Positions 30,623 to 43,797 of a stretch of 64,000 bases of DNA are shown piece after piece. Position 1 is the stretch's first letter, and each line of letters starts with the position of its first letter. Location of the stretch: NCBI RefSeq assembly GCF_009914755.1, contig NC_060927.1; one strand, written 5' to 3'. The DNA comes from the human T2T-CHM13v2.0 reference genome, Homo sapiens. The position numbers were made by a program, and so were the translations under genes. The notes under the pieces were generated by a model. It did not search any database. It was not told the origin of the DNA and saw nothing but the letters and a program-made list of their open reading frames with translations.

Positions 30623-32346
30623 ACATTTATAAAATTTTAAAAAACAAGGAACTCAAGTACGGATTATTTACCGGTAAAAGCACTTTAACAGTAGTAAAAG
30701 TTTAGGATGGCAATTATGTCTCAGGGTGGAGGGACAGAAATGTCCGTGAAATCTTTTATTTCTTCAAAGTACAAGATCTGAAGCTAATGTGACAAAATAT
30801 TAATATAAGTAAAACCAAACAAAAACTACAGATGCATTTGTAATATCCTTCCCTGCATTTTGGTATCTTTAAGATATTTTTCATTAGGAAACTGACAGTG
30901 ACCAGTGAGATCCTCATATTAAAACAGTAAAGCTGTGATTGAGGACAGAAAGGAAAATGTTTAGACTCCTCACTGGCTTTCTAGATTCATTTCCTCAGTC
31001 CCCAAGTATAACCCCAGACATAAATAAAGCAAATTTACTCCAAGGTTTAAAAGGAAGTATTATATTATCTCAGGAATTAGTTGCAGCACTCTTCAATTTT
31101 TCTCAGATCCTAAATCCCCATTTTTCACTTTTTATGAGAAATAAAAACATGTTCATCCATTTTTAAAAGCAGGTTTACAAATGCAAATACTTAAGAGGAT
31201 TTAAATTTTTATGTGATGGTGTATTGGTCTAAGTTTAAATGTTGATATCAATGTTTTTGTGTTTTGATTAGGTATGGGAGAACTTTGAAAAGTAGGAAGG
31301 CACATTGTATTTATAGAAAAACAAGGTTGAAAGTCTTAGATTTGAAAGCGTGGCAAAAAGGGAGGCTGGAGATATCAAAGAAAAGTGGTCAACTTCACAA
31401 CTATTACCAGTTGCTCTATTTATATGAACTTGAACCTGGGAAAATACAAACTGTGTATAAATGCTTTTGGTGTCCAGCATGATTACATGAGCAGGTATCA
31501 TCCTGGGAACCTGACTCAGGGCCAGTCCAAACCTTTGACAAACCGTGCCCTCTGGCACACTATCACCAAGAGCAGGCTTCAAGGTCATCCTGTGCCAGCA
31601 CTATCCTCCAGGGAACTCCGCAGGCCAGCACAGTTAATTACACTAACAGCCAAGGAAATTATATTGGCCAACCACAGCCTAGGAAGATGAATATCTCTCT
31701 TCCTTAGTCACAGGGGGATTTTAATGGCATTTTTATTAACTTGTGACCTGTTGACTGCTATTAGAATATAGATTGTATGCATAAACCAGGTCGGGTATTG
31801 CAGATATGATTACGGAGCAATTACTGTGGCAGCCACTGGGTTTCTAATCATTGCTGGCAAAGTGAAATTGTAAAACTCAAAACTGCTTTTTGGAATCCTA
31901 CAAGAAATGCTTGAGATCAAAGTTTATATTGTATCTTTGTGTCTTCTTGAAATTGCAATTTGTGATTTCTATGATTAGACTGGCAAACAAGGGCAGATTT
32001 TTAAAAGAAAACATCAAAGGACAGATGATGATTAGGGTTATCTTAGATTTTGGCAACTCAAGGTTGAAAACTTTCCTTGTTGAAATTGTTTTGATTAAAA
32101 ATAAATGCAGTTTCCTAGCAATTCTATTTGTGCAGGTATCCCTAATAATCAGTGACCAGATTATATTCTGATCTATTACTTTAGTAATGTGAAAACTCAC
32201 TTCTGCAATTATGTACAATGTGATATGAAATATAGCATTAAGTACTTTAGTCATGCTCTTTAGAGTCTCATATTAATGGTAATGCCATCAAGGTTGCCAA
32301 AGTGTCTTCAGAGTCAATATCTAAGGATGCTGATTTATATTTTGCA

Positions 32347-32403
32347 AAGTGCATTATTTATTCTTTGAAGTGCATTATTTATCCTGTAAAGTGCATTATT
32401 TAT
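32347..32403. repeat. Three perfect copies of aagtgcattatttat at a 21-bp period
   Basis: Copies start at 32347, 32368 and 32389; the 6-nt spacers are tctttg and cctgta. Confidence 0.95.
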
Positions 32404-32909
32404 AATCACAACCTTTCTACCCTTAGTTGAAGCAAAGTTTATGCAACCGCTTTTAAACTGCTGCCTTTACATATGGGGTGAGACCAAAAGGGACAAATGG
32501 TACCATTAACACAGTAAATTACAGTATTAACTGACTTGACTAGAAGCAGAAAATACTATATCTGAAATCTTGCCATCCTAATTTAGAAGTCACAAGTGAT
32601 TTAGATTAAAAAGAAAAAAAAAATAATCGGCCCTTCAGGTTCTTAGCTCAACTGAACATTTGAACTCTCTGTGCTAGAGTTAGTTCTACATGAACTTTAG
32701 ACAGTCTAGTTTCAGATGGGACTATTTAAGCTCACAGAGAAGGGAAGCATTGAAAGTAAAATCAGATTGCAGTTGAATCTCTGGGACTCTGGGCAAGAAA
32801 AACTCACAAAAGCATAAAATTGATCTTTTGTCCCAGGACTGACACTTTCACTGATCTTTCTATGATCACCACTGTAAATTTTTGTTTTCTATACATTGCA
32901 TTAGAAACT

Positions 32910-33283
32910 ACTATGGTTTGAATATGATAACCAAGAAGCATGTGTTGGTAACTTTATCCCCGTTGCAACAATGTTGTGAGGTGGTGCCTAATGAGAGGTG
33001 ATTAGGGCATGAAAGCTGTGCCCTCATGAATGGATTAATGCTGTTATTGGGTTCCCTATAAAATAACGAGTTTGGCTCCTTTTGTTTCTTTCTCACCCTC
33101 TCCCCTTCTGCCACGCGGTGATGCAACAGGAAGGCCCTTACCAGATGCCAACATTATAATCTTGGACTCCCCAGCCTCCAGAATTGTGAGAAATAAATTT
33201 CTTTTTTAAATAAGTTATTGGTCTCTGGTATTCTGTTATGCAGAACACCAGTATATTTTGTAGCACAAAATGTAAGTAAGCCA
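32910..33283 (+). mobile_element. MaLR solo LTR (MST family, MSTC/D-like)
   Basis: ctatggtttgaatatg...gccctcatgaatggattaatgctgttat...tcttggactccccagcctccagaattgtgagaaataaatttc...ggtattctgttatgcag. Confidence 0.85.
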
Positions 33284-33499
33284 GAAACTTAGGATCATCT
33301 TAGAGACAAAACCACTTACATGGGTGTAGTTTACATTAGAAATGAAGCTGCATGCTTCTATTAGTATCCTGCTGAGAAAATTGCGTTTTCCAAGTTTTTA
33401 AAATGAAATATTAATTATATTTTAAGGTAAATTTATTTTCCTGACAGTATAAGAAACAGCACAAATTAAAAATTAGATAATAAGATTACTTTCTTAGAC

Positions 33500-33720
33500 C
33501 TGTACTTTTCAGAAACATGTATTATAAAAATCATGGGATTTGGATCAGACAGCCAGTTTACAATTCCAACTTTGCTATCTATTAACAGTATAAAATTGGG
33601 CACACGATTAACTTTTCTGACTTTTGCAAGAAGTATTCTTTTCCTATAAAATTGTTCTGAGAAGTAAATGAACGTCTGACTTAGTGTCTGGGGCACAGCT
33701 CAACTTCAACTCAACAAATA
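33500..33720 (+). mobile_element. MIR SINE (degenerate)
   Basis: tgggatttggatcagacagccagttt...ttgggcacacgattaacttttctga...cttagtgtctggggcacag. Confidence 0.55.
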
Positions 33721-35994
33721 CGCTTTTTCTTTTCCCCGCATTGCTCCCTCTTGCTATAGTTTAAAGCTTTAAGTGCATAGGATGCCACATTTAAGTGAAT
33801 GGCTGGAGTTTAGAAAGAGGTCAAACGGATTTCAGCATGATTTTTAAGATGTAGTAGAAAAACATATTTGCAGGCTGAAAAGAAAAATGGAATAATTCAG
33901 ATTTAACTGCTTAACACCAGCTTCCCTCTGAGTATTTCCCCTTTTCTGTAACTTCAGCAAAAGGGCCAGGGAAAAGTTATTCCCATCTTTTGAATGTCAC
34001 TCATAATGGGAACAGCAATAGTACAAATATCTGACATTAAAAGAAAAAGTCCTAACGTTTGAATAAATATTTACTTTGCTGGTTTGGCTTTACCTCCTAC
34101 TTCACTTATCCTCTGGTGCCTACTGCCAAACAAATAAAATAGGAAAAAAGAAAAACCCAGAGAAAAATGTAGAACCCTATAATACATGGATCCATGCAGC
34201 CCTAAAAGAGAAAAGTAAATTTTATGCCAATAGAATGGCATAAATAAGAACAGTCAGCTCATAATTATTTTAGAGTCTCTATTAACATAATTAAGTAGGG
34301 TATAATATCATGTACAGAAACAATTTACTCTCTTTTGCTTGTTTTTATTTACCCAGCTTGTCTGCAGCCCTGCAGGAAGTCTTTTAAAATAAAACAATCA
34401 ATTAATTCCCCCAGTATTGGAAATGTGAAAATGAAGAAGGCTGGCACAACTTAGGCAGGTTTTCTGTATCAAATGGAAATATCACAGGGATTTAAAAAAT
34501 GGCAAGAATTTGATTGGGGAAAAGACCCTATTTATTTCAGCTTTTATAGGTCAGATTTTACCCCGTTGTGCGTGTGTGTGTGTGGATGTGTGTGTTATGA
34601 GTTAGCAAAATATCAAATACCTCAAAATTCTGAGTATATCTATATATTGTATGAATTTGGGTTTTCCTATGACATTGCTGCCCTCTATAAGCGTGCATAT
34701 GTGCACTGAATGAACATTGTCTTGAATTGAAAATGTCATAAGCTAGCTGGTTATATGTAGTGAGAGACCCTTCTGATTCAGCATAAATTGCCTTCCCATT
34801 CCAGAAAAAAAAATAGACTAGTGCTATAGCACTTTAATCATACCCTGGATGTCAAGCCTGTTATATTAATGGTTTTTGCATTTAAATAGTGAAACTGGAT
34901 TCAATATAGGGAAAATGAGTTAGTAGCTAGCCCAGAAGAAAGGCATCTTCTATCCACAATGAAGGTGTGTCATTTCTCCCTGGAGTGAAAACTCACTGCA
35001 AGTTCATTCCCTCAATGCTCAGGGACCTGCCTTTGAAGAAGTTATCCATTGTGAAGACAGGGTGCTTAATTCCTTTTTGTGACCTTAAATCTTTGGTTTC
35101 TGCTGAAAATTCTGAATACTGGTGTCCTTAAAGGGCAAGCTATTAAAACTAATTTCTCAGCTCCTATCCACCAAAAACCACGCTCAAAGGTTACAGTTTG
35201 TTAGCATTGATTCCAAGTAGCCTGCAAATGACATATCAGAGCCGGGACAAAAGAAAAACAATGGCTTATATGTTTTAATTTAAATATCAAAGATTCTGTA
35301 TTTCAATTGCGATTCCAACTGCTGTTATACCTGTCAAGTTTTACTAAAATTTCAGGTGTCATTCCTTTTACCTTTACTTATGTAGTAAAGTAGTCATTGA
35401 TCATTATCTTGTGAATGCATTTTTAGTTGGCATACATAACAAGGCCAGACTGGAGTTTAGGGCTTAGAGCTTTGAGTCGTCAACCATCAAGTAAGGCATA
35501 TATAGGTTGTTTTAATGAGTGTACACACTGTAGTAACCATTATGTTTACGTGTGATGAAAATGACGATGCCAGAACATGATAGGACATAGTTTAACAAAA
35601 CAAGTGTTTAGAATGATCACCACCAGCCCATCGGCTTTTTTTTTTTTTTTAGATTCTCCCATTCCACAATAGAGAACGACACACATAAATATTTGCTAAA
35701 AGAGCCAAGAAAGCTACTTCAATGTATGATGTACATGTTGTGTTACAAACTACCCCACAGTAAACTCATGTGTGTGAGAGTAGAATAGAATTCTACATTA
35801 TTTGTCCTATTCATCCTCCAGAGTGATTTCTGGTTCTCAGAAAGTTGAAGTGCCAGATATTTGACTGCACTGCACCATTTGGAATGAAATGTAGCATTTT
35901 GAAATGACTACACATCTTGATGCCTTCACTTCCATTTCACATTTGCAATGTCTTTACTTTTCCATAAGAGTTCTCACTTTTCAGTTACTGTTTA

Positions 35995-36660
35995 AATTTA
36001 GCAAACTCGTTACTGAAATACAGCATGCATATGGGAAAGTATACAAATCATGAGTAGACACCTTGGTGAATTTTCATGAACAGAGCACACGCATGTAACC
36101 ACCACTTAAACCAAGAAAAAGTACTTGGCCAGCACTTTGAGAACCCTTTCTTGCCCCTCCCAATCATTGTTCATTCACCTTCTATTCTGACTTCTGATAC
36201 AATAGTTTGACCTGTTTTAAACTTTATATGAATGGAATACTTAATGTGCTCTTTTGTGCTCAACTTCTTTTGCACAATACTGTCTTTAGGAGATTCATCT
36301 ACACAGTTGTATGTAGTGACAATTCGTTCATTTTCATTGTTATATTGTATTCCATTGTGGAATATACTGCAGCTTATTTATGTATTCTTGTATTTATGAC
36401 CAATTGTGTTGCATGGAAGCAACGCAGCATTGGGGCTATTATAAATGCTATGCATACTTTTATACGTGTGTTTTCATTTTATGCACACAGTTATTTAGAA
36501 CATTCTTAGGAGCTGCATTGTTGGGTCATAAAGTGTGGTATATCAGCTTTATTAGGTAATATTAAACAATGTTTCAGAATGGTTTTGCCAATTTACACCA
36601 CCACAATCAGTGTATAAGAATTCCAGTTTCTCACCAACAACTGGCACGAACCATACTCAG
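35995..36660 (-). mobile_element. Old L1M (L1MC/ME-like) 3' fragment
   Basis: gtgaattttcatgaacagagcacacgcatgtaaccaccac...aactttatatgaatggaatac...ggttttgccaatttacaccaccacaatcagtgtataagaattccagtt. Confidence 0.8.
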
Positions 36661-36849
36661 TCACTTTTCTTTCTACTTAATAAATAAAAGTAAATGCAAA
36701 ATTTTTGCAGTAGCACATAATGATGCTACAGATCACTAACACTTTATGAAAACACCACCATTTTTTCTATATTAATACACTTCATCATGATCCTTTCATT
36801 CACATTGTCACTATTTTTAAAAAGAATCTCTAAGTTTTTCTCCTCTTCT

Positions 36850-37420
36850 CCCTCCAGTCCAAATAATTCTAAACAAATTTATCAATTTTTCTTCTTAAAG
36901 TGTGCCTCTAGGCATATTAACCTCTTCTTCAAAATTCTTAAGGCTCTCAGTTATCTTCAAATCATTACTCCACAAAATTACTGGCCCCCTCCCCCATCTT
37001 AATTTGTAAGCCTTAACTTCTTTTTCTCACATGCATATCTATTTCATTCAGGGGCAATCACTCTTCACACAAGTGTGCCAAAAACTTCTCTACAGCCAAT
37101 TGTTAGTACATACTATTATTCTTTTACAGGGTCTCTCTCTTTTCCCCACCCACATTTTCTGTCTTACTTCAAATGTTATTTCTTTCAGAAGCCAGATGTG
37201 CTTTCTTTCCTCCATTCAATTCTTCTGGCACTTTGTCTCAGTGAGAGTTAAATCACACCCCGCCCCCCACATTAAGTTATTTTATTCAATTATTACATTG
37301 TTTTAGTACCATTATACTAGATACTAAATAGGTTCATTGCTGGAGAAAAAAGACACAGCCTAGGAAAATGCTTTGCATGTAGAAAGTACCCAATAAATAG
37401 TTGTAAAATTGAAGAGAACA
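36850..37420 (-). mobile_element. L2 fragment (degenerate)
   Basis: Pyrimidine-rich L2-like body ending gtagaaagtacccaataaatagttgtaaaattgaa. Confidence 0.45.
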
Positions 37421-37869
37421 CGCAAAGTGTGTATATGTTTTACTGAAACTCCCTGGATTGTTGGAACATTTACCCAGTAAAAAATGACAGATTTTTCTGG
37501 GCCAAATAATGACAGCAGTCTCTGAGTGTAAGAGAAGAAGTAAAGTTGGCCAAATCTGTTCAAAATCTGTTTGAGTGACACAATCTACCCTGTCCCAGAT
37601 TGCTGCTTATTACATTTAAGGGATCTATATTTTCCATGGAAACTGATTTCTGTGAAAGGGGGAAAAAAGATAGGAATCAACTGATCAATTTGTGCTCATC
37701 TAAGATAATGTATATTTGTACTGGATTATTTTCAAAATTCCCTTGGCACAAATAGTCTTTATCACACAATGCCAACTGAATCACACTTAACATACTTAGG
37801 ATCCTTGCAGGTTTAGCAAATCAGTGCAGCATAATTTGCCAGACTCTTCATGGTATTGCTGGGAACAGG

Positions 37870-38356
37870 TGTGGAAGAAGGAGCACAAGTTTAAGAATCT
37901 GATAGACAGAGATTGAAATATTAATAATGCCTCATGTAAGCAGTGTGGATTTGGACAAATTACTTAATCTTCTGAAGTCTCAGTTCTGTCATCCATAAAG
38001 TGGGGATAAATAAGATATAATTTTCAAACCTGATGTGAAAATAAAATAAGATAATGTACCGAAAGTGGTTAATACCATGGCTGGACCTGAGCTTAGGTCT
38101 TGTCTCTATAGCCTTCCCTGACTCTACAACTGGGTTAGGGCCTCCTATGTTCTGCTTTTGTAGCACACTGTATTTTTGCTTCAAAATTTTATCATAGTTC
38201 ATATCTGTACAGTCATTGTTGTAATTATTGCATTTGCTCTCTATGAGTTCCATTAGAATGGTTCCATGTCTGTTGTGTCATTGTAATATATCCAATATTT
38301 ACCATGATGCCAGACACATAGTTCATGATCAAAAATATTTATTAAGAAATGAATAC
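37870..38356. mobile_element. MIR followed by L2 3' end
   Basis: ttggacaaattacttaatcttctgaagtctcagttctgtcatccataaagtggggataa, then gatgccagacacatagttcatgatcaaaaatatttattaagaaatgaat. Confidence 0.7.
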
Positions 38357-38963
38357 TTTCATTCTCACACCTCTCACACCACCCTGCCCACACTGACAAT
38401 CAAGTTGCCATGAGTTTGAAAAAAAAAATACATTAAAAAGTGAATGATAATATTTTTTCTTTCACCTTCACAAATAGCATATAGGGTCAAATGGCTGAGG
38501 TTTTTTTTTTTTTTTTTTTAACAAAACAGACTTTATATATTCTAATGAGTACTACCTTTGTTAACGCAGTCAAGTTTGCAAGCTGTACACACATTTCTGA
38601 GATACTGACATAGCTGGAACAATTGTTTGAAGGGCCTATTAAGGTCCTACCTTCAAAGCCCAGTGCCCGTTATGCAGAAGAATATCATCAAAAGTGGTTA
38701 ATCTGACTTTGAAGAGAGTATTGTATTTTTGAGAACAGTTAAAAATCATTTAGAATTAACTGACAAATTAAGCAGTTTATTTTTCATCTGAAACAAAGTT
38801 TAGAAAGCATTCACAAAACTGCTTTTCTTCTATCACCATAAATTTAAGGACTTATTCTAAAGAAAAAGAGTTCCGTAAATGAGCAATGAAAGACGCTATG
38901 ATCTCCCAAAGTACATACTGTGAAGGGAAATATTCTTAGTAATGTATATTTGGTGTATTTGTG

Positions 38964-38965
<2 letters not shown>

Positions 38966-38998
<33 letters not shown>
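38966..38998. repeat. (AC)16 microsatellite
   Basis: Uninterrupted AC run. Confidence 0.95.
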
Positions 38999-39001
<3 letters not shown>

Positions 39002-42000
39002 CTACACACAACAATCTCTCACCCCCATCTCCTCTGAAAATTACATTTCTTTAAAGCCATGTCTGATATAAATTCCATTTTAAACTCATTTTCCACAGGT
39101 TTTTCTAAGGAGTATGATGAGAATAATAAATATCTCTCACTGAATAAAGCACAATATACATTTAATAACATTACAGTTAACATCTCCAAACCTCCCGCTG
39201 ATCCTAATGCAGCTTCCTGAAGCAGTGGATTTTCCATGATGTTGTCACTATAGGGATTTTATGTTAGAAATGCAATCTAAATAAGCTTTGGCCTTAAATT
39301 GTAATCATATAACCATATAATAAAGAATAGAAAATTATAGTAAAAATACAAGTGTACATATAACTTTTACAGTCTGTAATAGTGAATTCCTGTGATAGTG
39401 TGTTATTAGGATTATATATATATTTTTAAGATGGCTGCCATGAAGTGAAAGTCAAAGAAATATCAAAAGTACGCCTGGTACCTCTTGAGTGTTTTTGCAT
39501 TGTAGGTGGAATAGGAACATTGTTATGATACACATGGACAATGTTCCCTAGTCATTTCTATTCCAGTGGCAACTATGTTTGTAACACCATTGACTATAAG
39601 GGTACCAGAGCTGGACCCAAAAAATGTGAGCTGAAAGGGTGGGGTCAAAGACAAGGAACATGAAAGAAAGAAGTTAGAAGCTAGAGGAGAATGGGAAAAT
39701 TGTGTGCAGTCTGACGTAACAGTGGTCACTCTGTTAAAATAAGCTTATTTCCTTGATAAAGTCATTGGCAACACCTGGAATTATGCAATTTTATTTGCAG
39801 GGTGATTTCCAAATAGTTGGTGCCCTACCCAAATAAATGTCTCTTGGAAACTCGAGTTAGAATGAGGGCTGAGCTATTACTTGCAGCAGTCAGTCCCCAA
39901 AAGAACAAATCATTGAAGAAGGTGATTTGTGCATTTGAGCAGTTAACTGCAATCTTTTAAAGGACATGCTAAAAAAGGTTTTGCCTATGCTTCATCCACC
40001 AGGTGTAGTCTGGATTCTACTGGGTTTCCTTTCTTTTTTATTTACATGGACTTATTTATTTTACTTACTTTCTTTCTTTTTTAAGAGACCACATTGACTG
40101 AGACATTTAAAATACAAAATGGTAATTAAGAGTGTTTGAGGCAGCTCCAGCTGGTTCTTGAATAGCTCCCAATAGGTAGGCTGACATTTCCACCCTCTAA
40201 GAATCCCTGCTTGGATGCAGTTCAGAGCAGCCAACCTTGATTCCGCCCACCATTTGATTAAACAACAGAGAAACGACAAATAGTGAAAGTCACTTCTCTT
40301 GGGCTAGCTTAAAATGACAGAAAATGCAAGAAAAGAGAATGATGGAAAAGGAGATCATGAATTAACATAAAAACATCGGATCAAATTTCATTCTTCAAAG
40401 TGTGCATCTAATTGGTCAATGAGCCTTCTAAATGTAGAAATTGCATTAGCATCTCCAGAGGTGAGTATCTTGAGGGCGATTTGAAACACAATTTAATTTT
40501 CCTTCAGAATTATACCCAAACAAAGATTGAGATAAACAGCCACCTGTCTACAAATCTTTAGGAACAGCCTTACATTGTGACTGAAAACCTGAGATATTGC
40601 TAGGACAAGAAAATTAAAAAAAAAAAAAAAGACATGATTTCTCCCTTCTGAAAGTTTATAAGGTAATTGGAAAGACAAAAGTTGTTCAACTGGAACAACT
40701 AAATAAAAATGCCAAGTGGTGTATAATTAAACATCAAAATGTTTGTTTGTGTGTGTGTACCAGTTTGGGGAGTAAATAAGGACAATTGGATAATGATCTA
40801 GGGGAAAATATTTTGTTAACTTTACCACTATCCAGCTAAGTGTAGGCTTATGCACTATTAAATTTGTGATTGAGAAGTTGCTATTCAATATGGAGAGGCT
40901 TCAGGGAGGTTAATGAGAAAGTGGGAAGATTGCATGGGGTTAAGGAAAATGATCACTACTGGATTTCCGCTCTGGATTAGGAATCCACAGTCCTAGGTCG
41001 TAGTTCCAGTTTTTCCACAAAATAATCAAATGTCAATAGCAAATTATTTTCCCTCTCTGGATTTTGATTTTCCTATATATAAAATGAGAGCTTTGGACAA
41101 AGTAATTGCTAACATATGTTCCATTTTCTATGATGCTTTGATTAGGCGTGTCAGCTCCCATTTATCATATCTGCGCCGTCCACTGCAGTGGAAGCCTCTA
41201 GTGGTGGCTGTTCTTCATTAGCTACTACTAGGCTGAGACCAGTTTCAGGACACAAGTTTTCTAGACATCAAGTGCCAGCCTTGTCGATCTCTTATTACCT
41301 AGTGATTTATCACATGTCCTCTGATTCCCATTTCAAACAATTCTCTTTTCTCCTTGTTACTTTATCTAATGTTCATTTCTCTACAATGAATCTTATTCCT
41401 CCTTTAGACCTATTCTTCTTCCACATATTTTTCCCCCTCTCAAGTCTTCTTGAAGGCTTAAAGGTTACACAAAAATATTTTTAAATATTAATAAGAAAGC
41501 ACTATAATTATTAACTCCTTTTTGTCTTTTTCTATTTTGGTAAATATCCCCATGTGGATTGGTCAATATTTTATATTGGATGTGGACCACTAGAAAGATA
41601 TTTCCTCCTCCCAAGAATAGCCTTTCTAACTGTGCTAACTAAAGGTTGGTATTTATAAATAATACCCAGTATTTAATAATATATTCATATTTGAAACTAG
41701 CATGTTCCATAAACAATTTGGTTACCTTAGTACAAGATGTCTAAGGAAGTTTGTATTAATTATATTGCACATCTTTGGAGGCTAAAGCAACTGAAGTCTT
41801 TGCCTTTACATATAATACCCTTTCTTTGTTGTGTGATAATTATACTCTGGTTATGTAGAAAATATAATTTGATTCTGTAGTTCTCTCTGCTTTAGAAAGA
41901 AAGTTTTAACAATCTTTTTAATACTTTGAATCATGCAACACATTCCTGGAGCATCAACTTAGCATTTGCAGTCAGCATCCACAGAAAACCTTGCTGTTTA

Positions 42001-42282
42001 TCTGCTTTCAGTCCTTCTCATTGCCCTGAAGCTGCATTTGTTTCTACATTATTGTTACTCTGGCTACACCCAGAGATTTCTTCTGTATTCTTGAACACTA
42101 CAGACTTGCCTTTCATTAGATTTTTCTCCTTCTTGATGCTTTTTCTTAACCTGGTATACATGTATTGCCCTATTCTTTGTCATACTTTATTAACACCTCT
42201 TTTTACATTTATTTTGCTGATTTGCTCTCCTTCACTACCAACTGGGAAATTGCTGTCGGATCTCCTGTGAATCATATATCAG

Positions 42283-42385
42283 TGTATCTATCTATCTATC
42301 TGTATTTATCCATCTATCCATCCATCCATCCATCCATCCCTCCACCCATCCATCCATCCATATATCCATTGCAGTTATCCATTCA
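42283..42385. repeat. Compound (TCTA)n/(TCCA)n tetranucleotide repeat
   Basis: tatctatctatctatc...tccatccatccatccatcc. Confidence 0.9.
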
Positions 42386-42589
42386 AAGTTAAAACTACAG
42401 TGGTATGCTGGCAGTTACCGGATCCTTCACTTAGCTTATATATTTCTCCATCAACACAATCATGGAGAAGCTTCACTAATTTTTAAATCTTACTGTGCCT
42501 AAAACCAAACTGAATTTTCATTTTAATTACTTACCTCAATCAGATATCTATTCCTCAACATTTTAAAGAAAGGATTTGAGATGGCTTAC

Positions 42590-43245
42590 AGAAACATGTG
42601 TAATACCATCACAGTTGCCATTGGGAGCATAACATGGTCAAACACAATGTAGGACAACTTGACAATATTTGTCAAATCACAAATGTCCACATCCCTCAGC
42701 CATAAATTCGGCTTTGAGGAATCTGTCCTAGGAATATACCTATACATGTACTAAATGATGTATGGACAAGTGTAATTATTGTGATATTATTTGCAATTGG
42801 CATTGTTTGTAATTACACATATTGAAAACAACATACCACAGCAGGAGACTGGATAAACACACACAGCATAGTGAAGTATCATTCCACAAAATATTCAAGA
42901 AGCCATATACTAATAGGGAATAATCTTCAACATAGATTAAGTAAATGTAGACTCATATAACTTTTGAGGAGAAAAAGGGAGGGGGAGAAGAGAATAGCTA
43001 ACTAGTTAGATAAGTAGATCACACATAAATTTCATTATAGATGAGCTTACCTGTCTATATCCTGAGATACTGTATATCTCTGGAAGGATACACAAGCAAT
43101 GATTGTGTTGATTGATTCCAGAGAGGACACTGGATGACTGCAGGACAGAGGTGAGAGAAAGACTTCTTCTCATGACTTAGTAATAGAGAGACCTTTCACT
43201 ATATATCCTTTTAAACCTACACCTTCTCTTCAAAACTATAAAACA
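42590..43245 (+). mobile_element. Old L1ME-like 3' fragment
   Basis: ggacaacttgacaatatttgtcaaatcacaaatg...ggaatctgtcctagg...tatctctggaaggatacacaag...ctttcactatatatcctttt. Confidence 0.7.
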
Positions 43246-43600
43246 AAGTGAAGGACCTAAGTGAGATATCATGAAAATAAGAAAGGAATTGGAGCAACAG
43301 CAAATAAGTATAAAAAATATAAAAAGATATTAAGATAAAGATAGCGGTAAGGCCAGTAAATAAATGTTCACTGCAAGGCCTTATTTTCTCTCAGGATGGC
43401 TAGACATTTTTATTTCCTTGCTTTGAATGAACTATAATTTCTATTTTTTAAAAAAGCACAGGGAAGGCCCATTCATTCCTTACCTGGGGCCTGAGAGGCA
43501 TGCAGGGACTCTCATCAACAGGGTACTGTATGCAATTTTGTACCAGGCCCTCAAAAAAATCCCAAAATGCATGCAATTCTAAATTTAATGAGGCTGATTA

Positions 43601-43797
43601 TTTTTTATATTTCAGCTTTATAGAGATATAATTGTCAAGTACAGTAGTATATAAAGTCTACAATGTGATGATTTGATACACATACGATTACAAAATGGTT
43701 ACCACCATCTATTTAATTAGCACATCTATCATCTCACCTAGCTAACTTGTGTGTGTATGAAAACACAAATATCCACTGTCTTAGCAAATCTGAAGTA
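43601..43797 (-). mobile_element. L1MA9/L1MB-type extreme 3' end (continuation of the element at 24111-25626)
   Basis: Minus strand reads tacttcagatttgctaagacagtggat...aattatatctctataaagctgaaatataaaaaa, followed by TSD-like aataatcagcctcat. Confidence 0.85.

Noticed and set aside
32347-32403. CRISPR-like repeat-spacer pattern
   Set aside because: Primate DNA, 15-bp repeats with 6-bp spacers and no cas genes; not a CRISPR array.
34820-34833. 14-bp palindrome agtgctatagcact (also an AT-rich 12-bp inverted repeat at 63261-63291)
   Set aside because: Palindromes of this size, and low-complexity inverted repeats, are expected by chance in 64 kb of AT-rich DNA.
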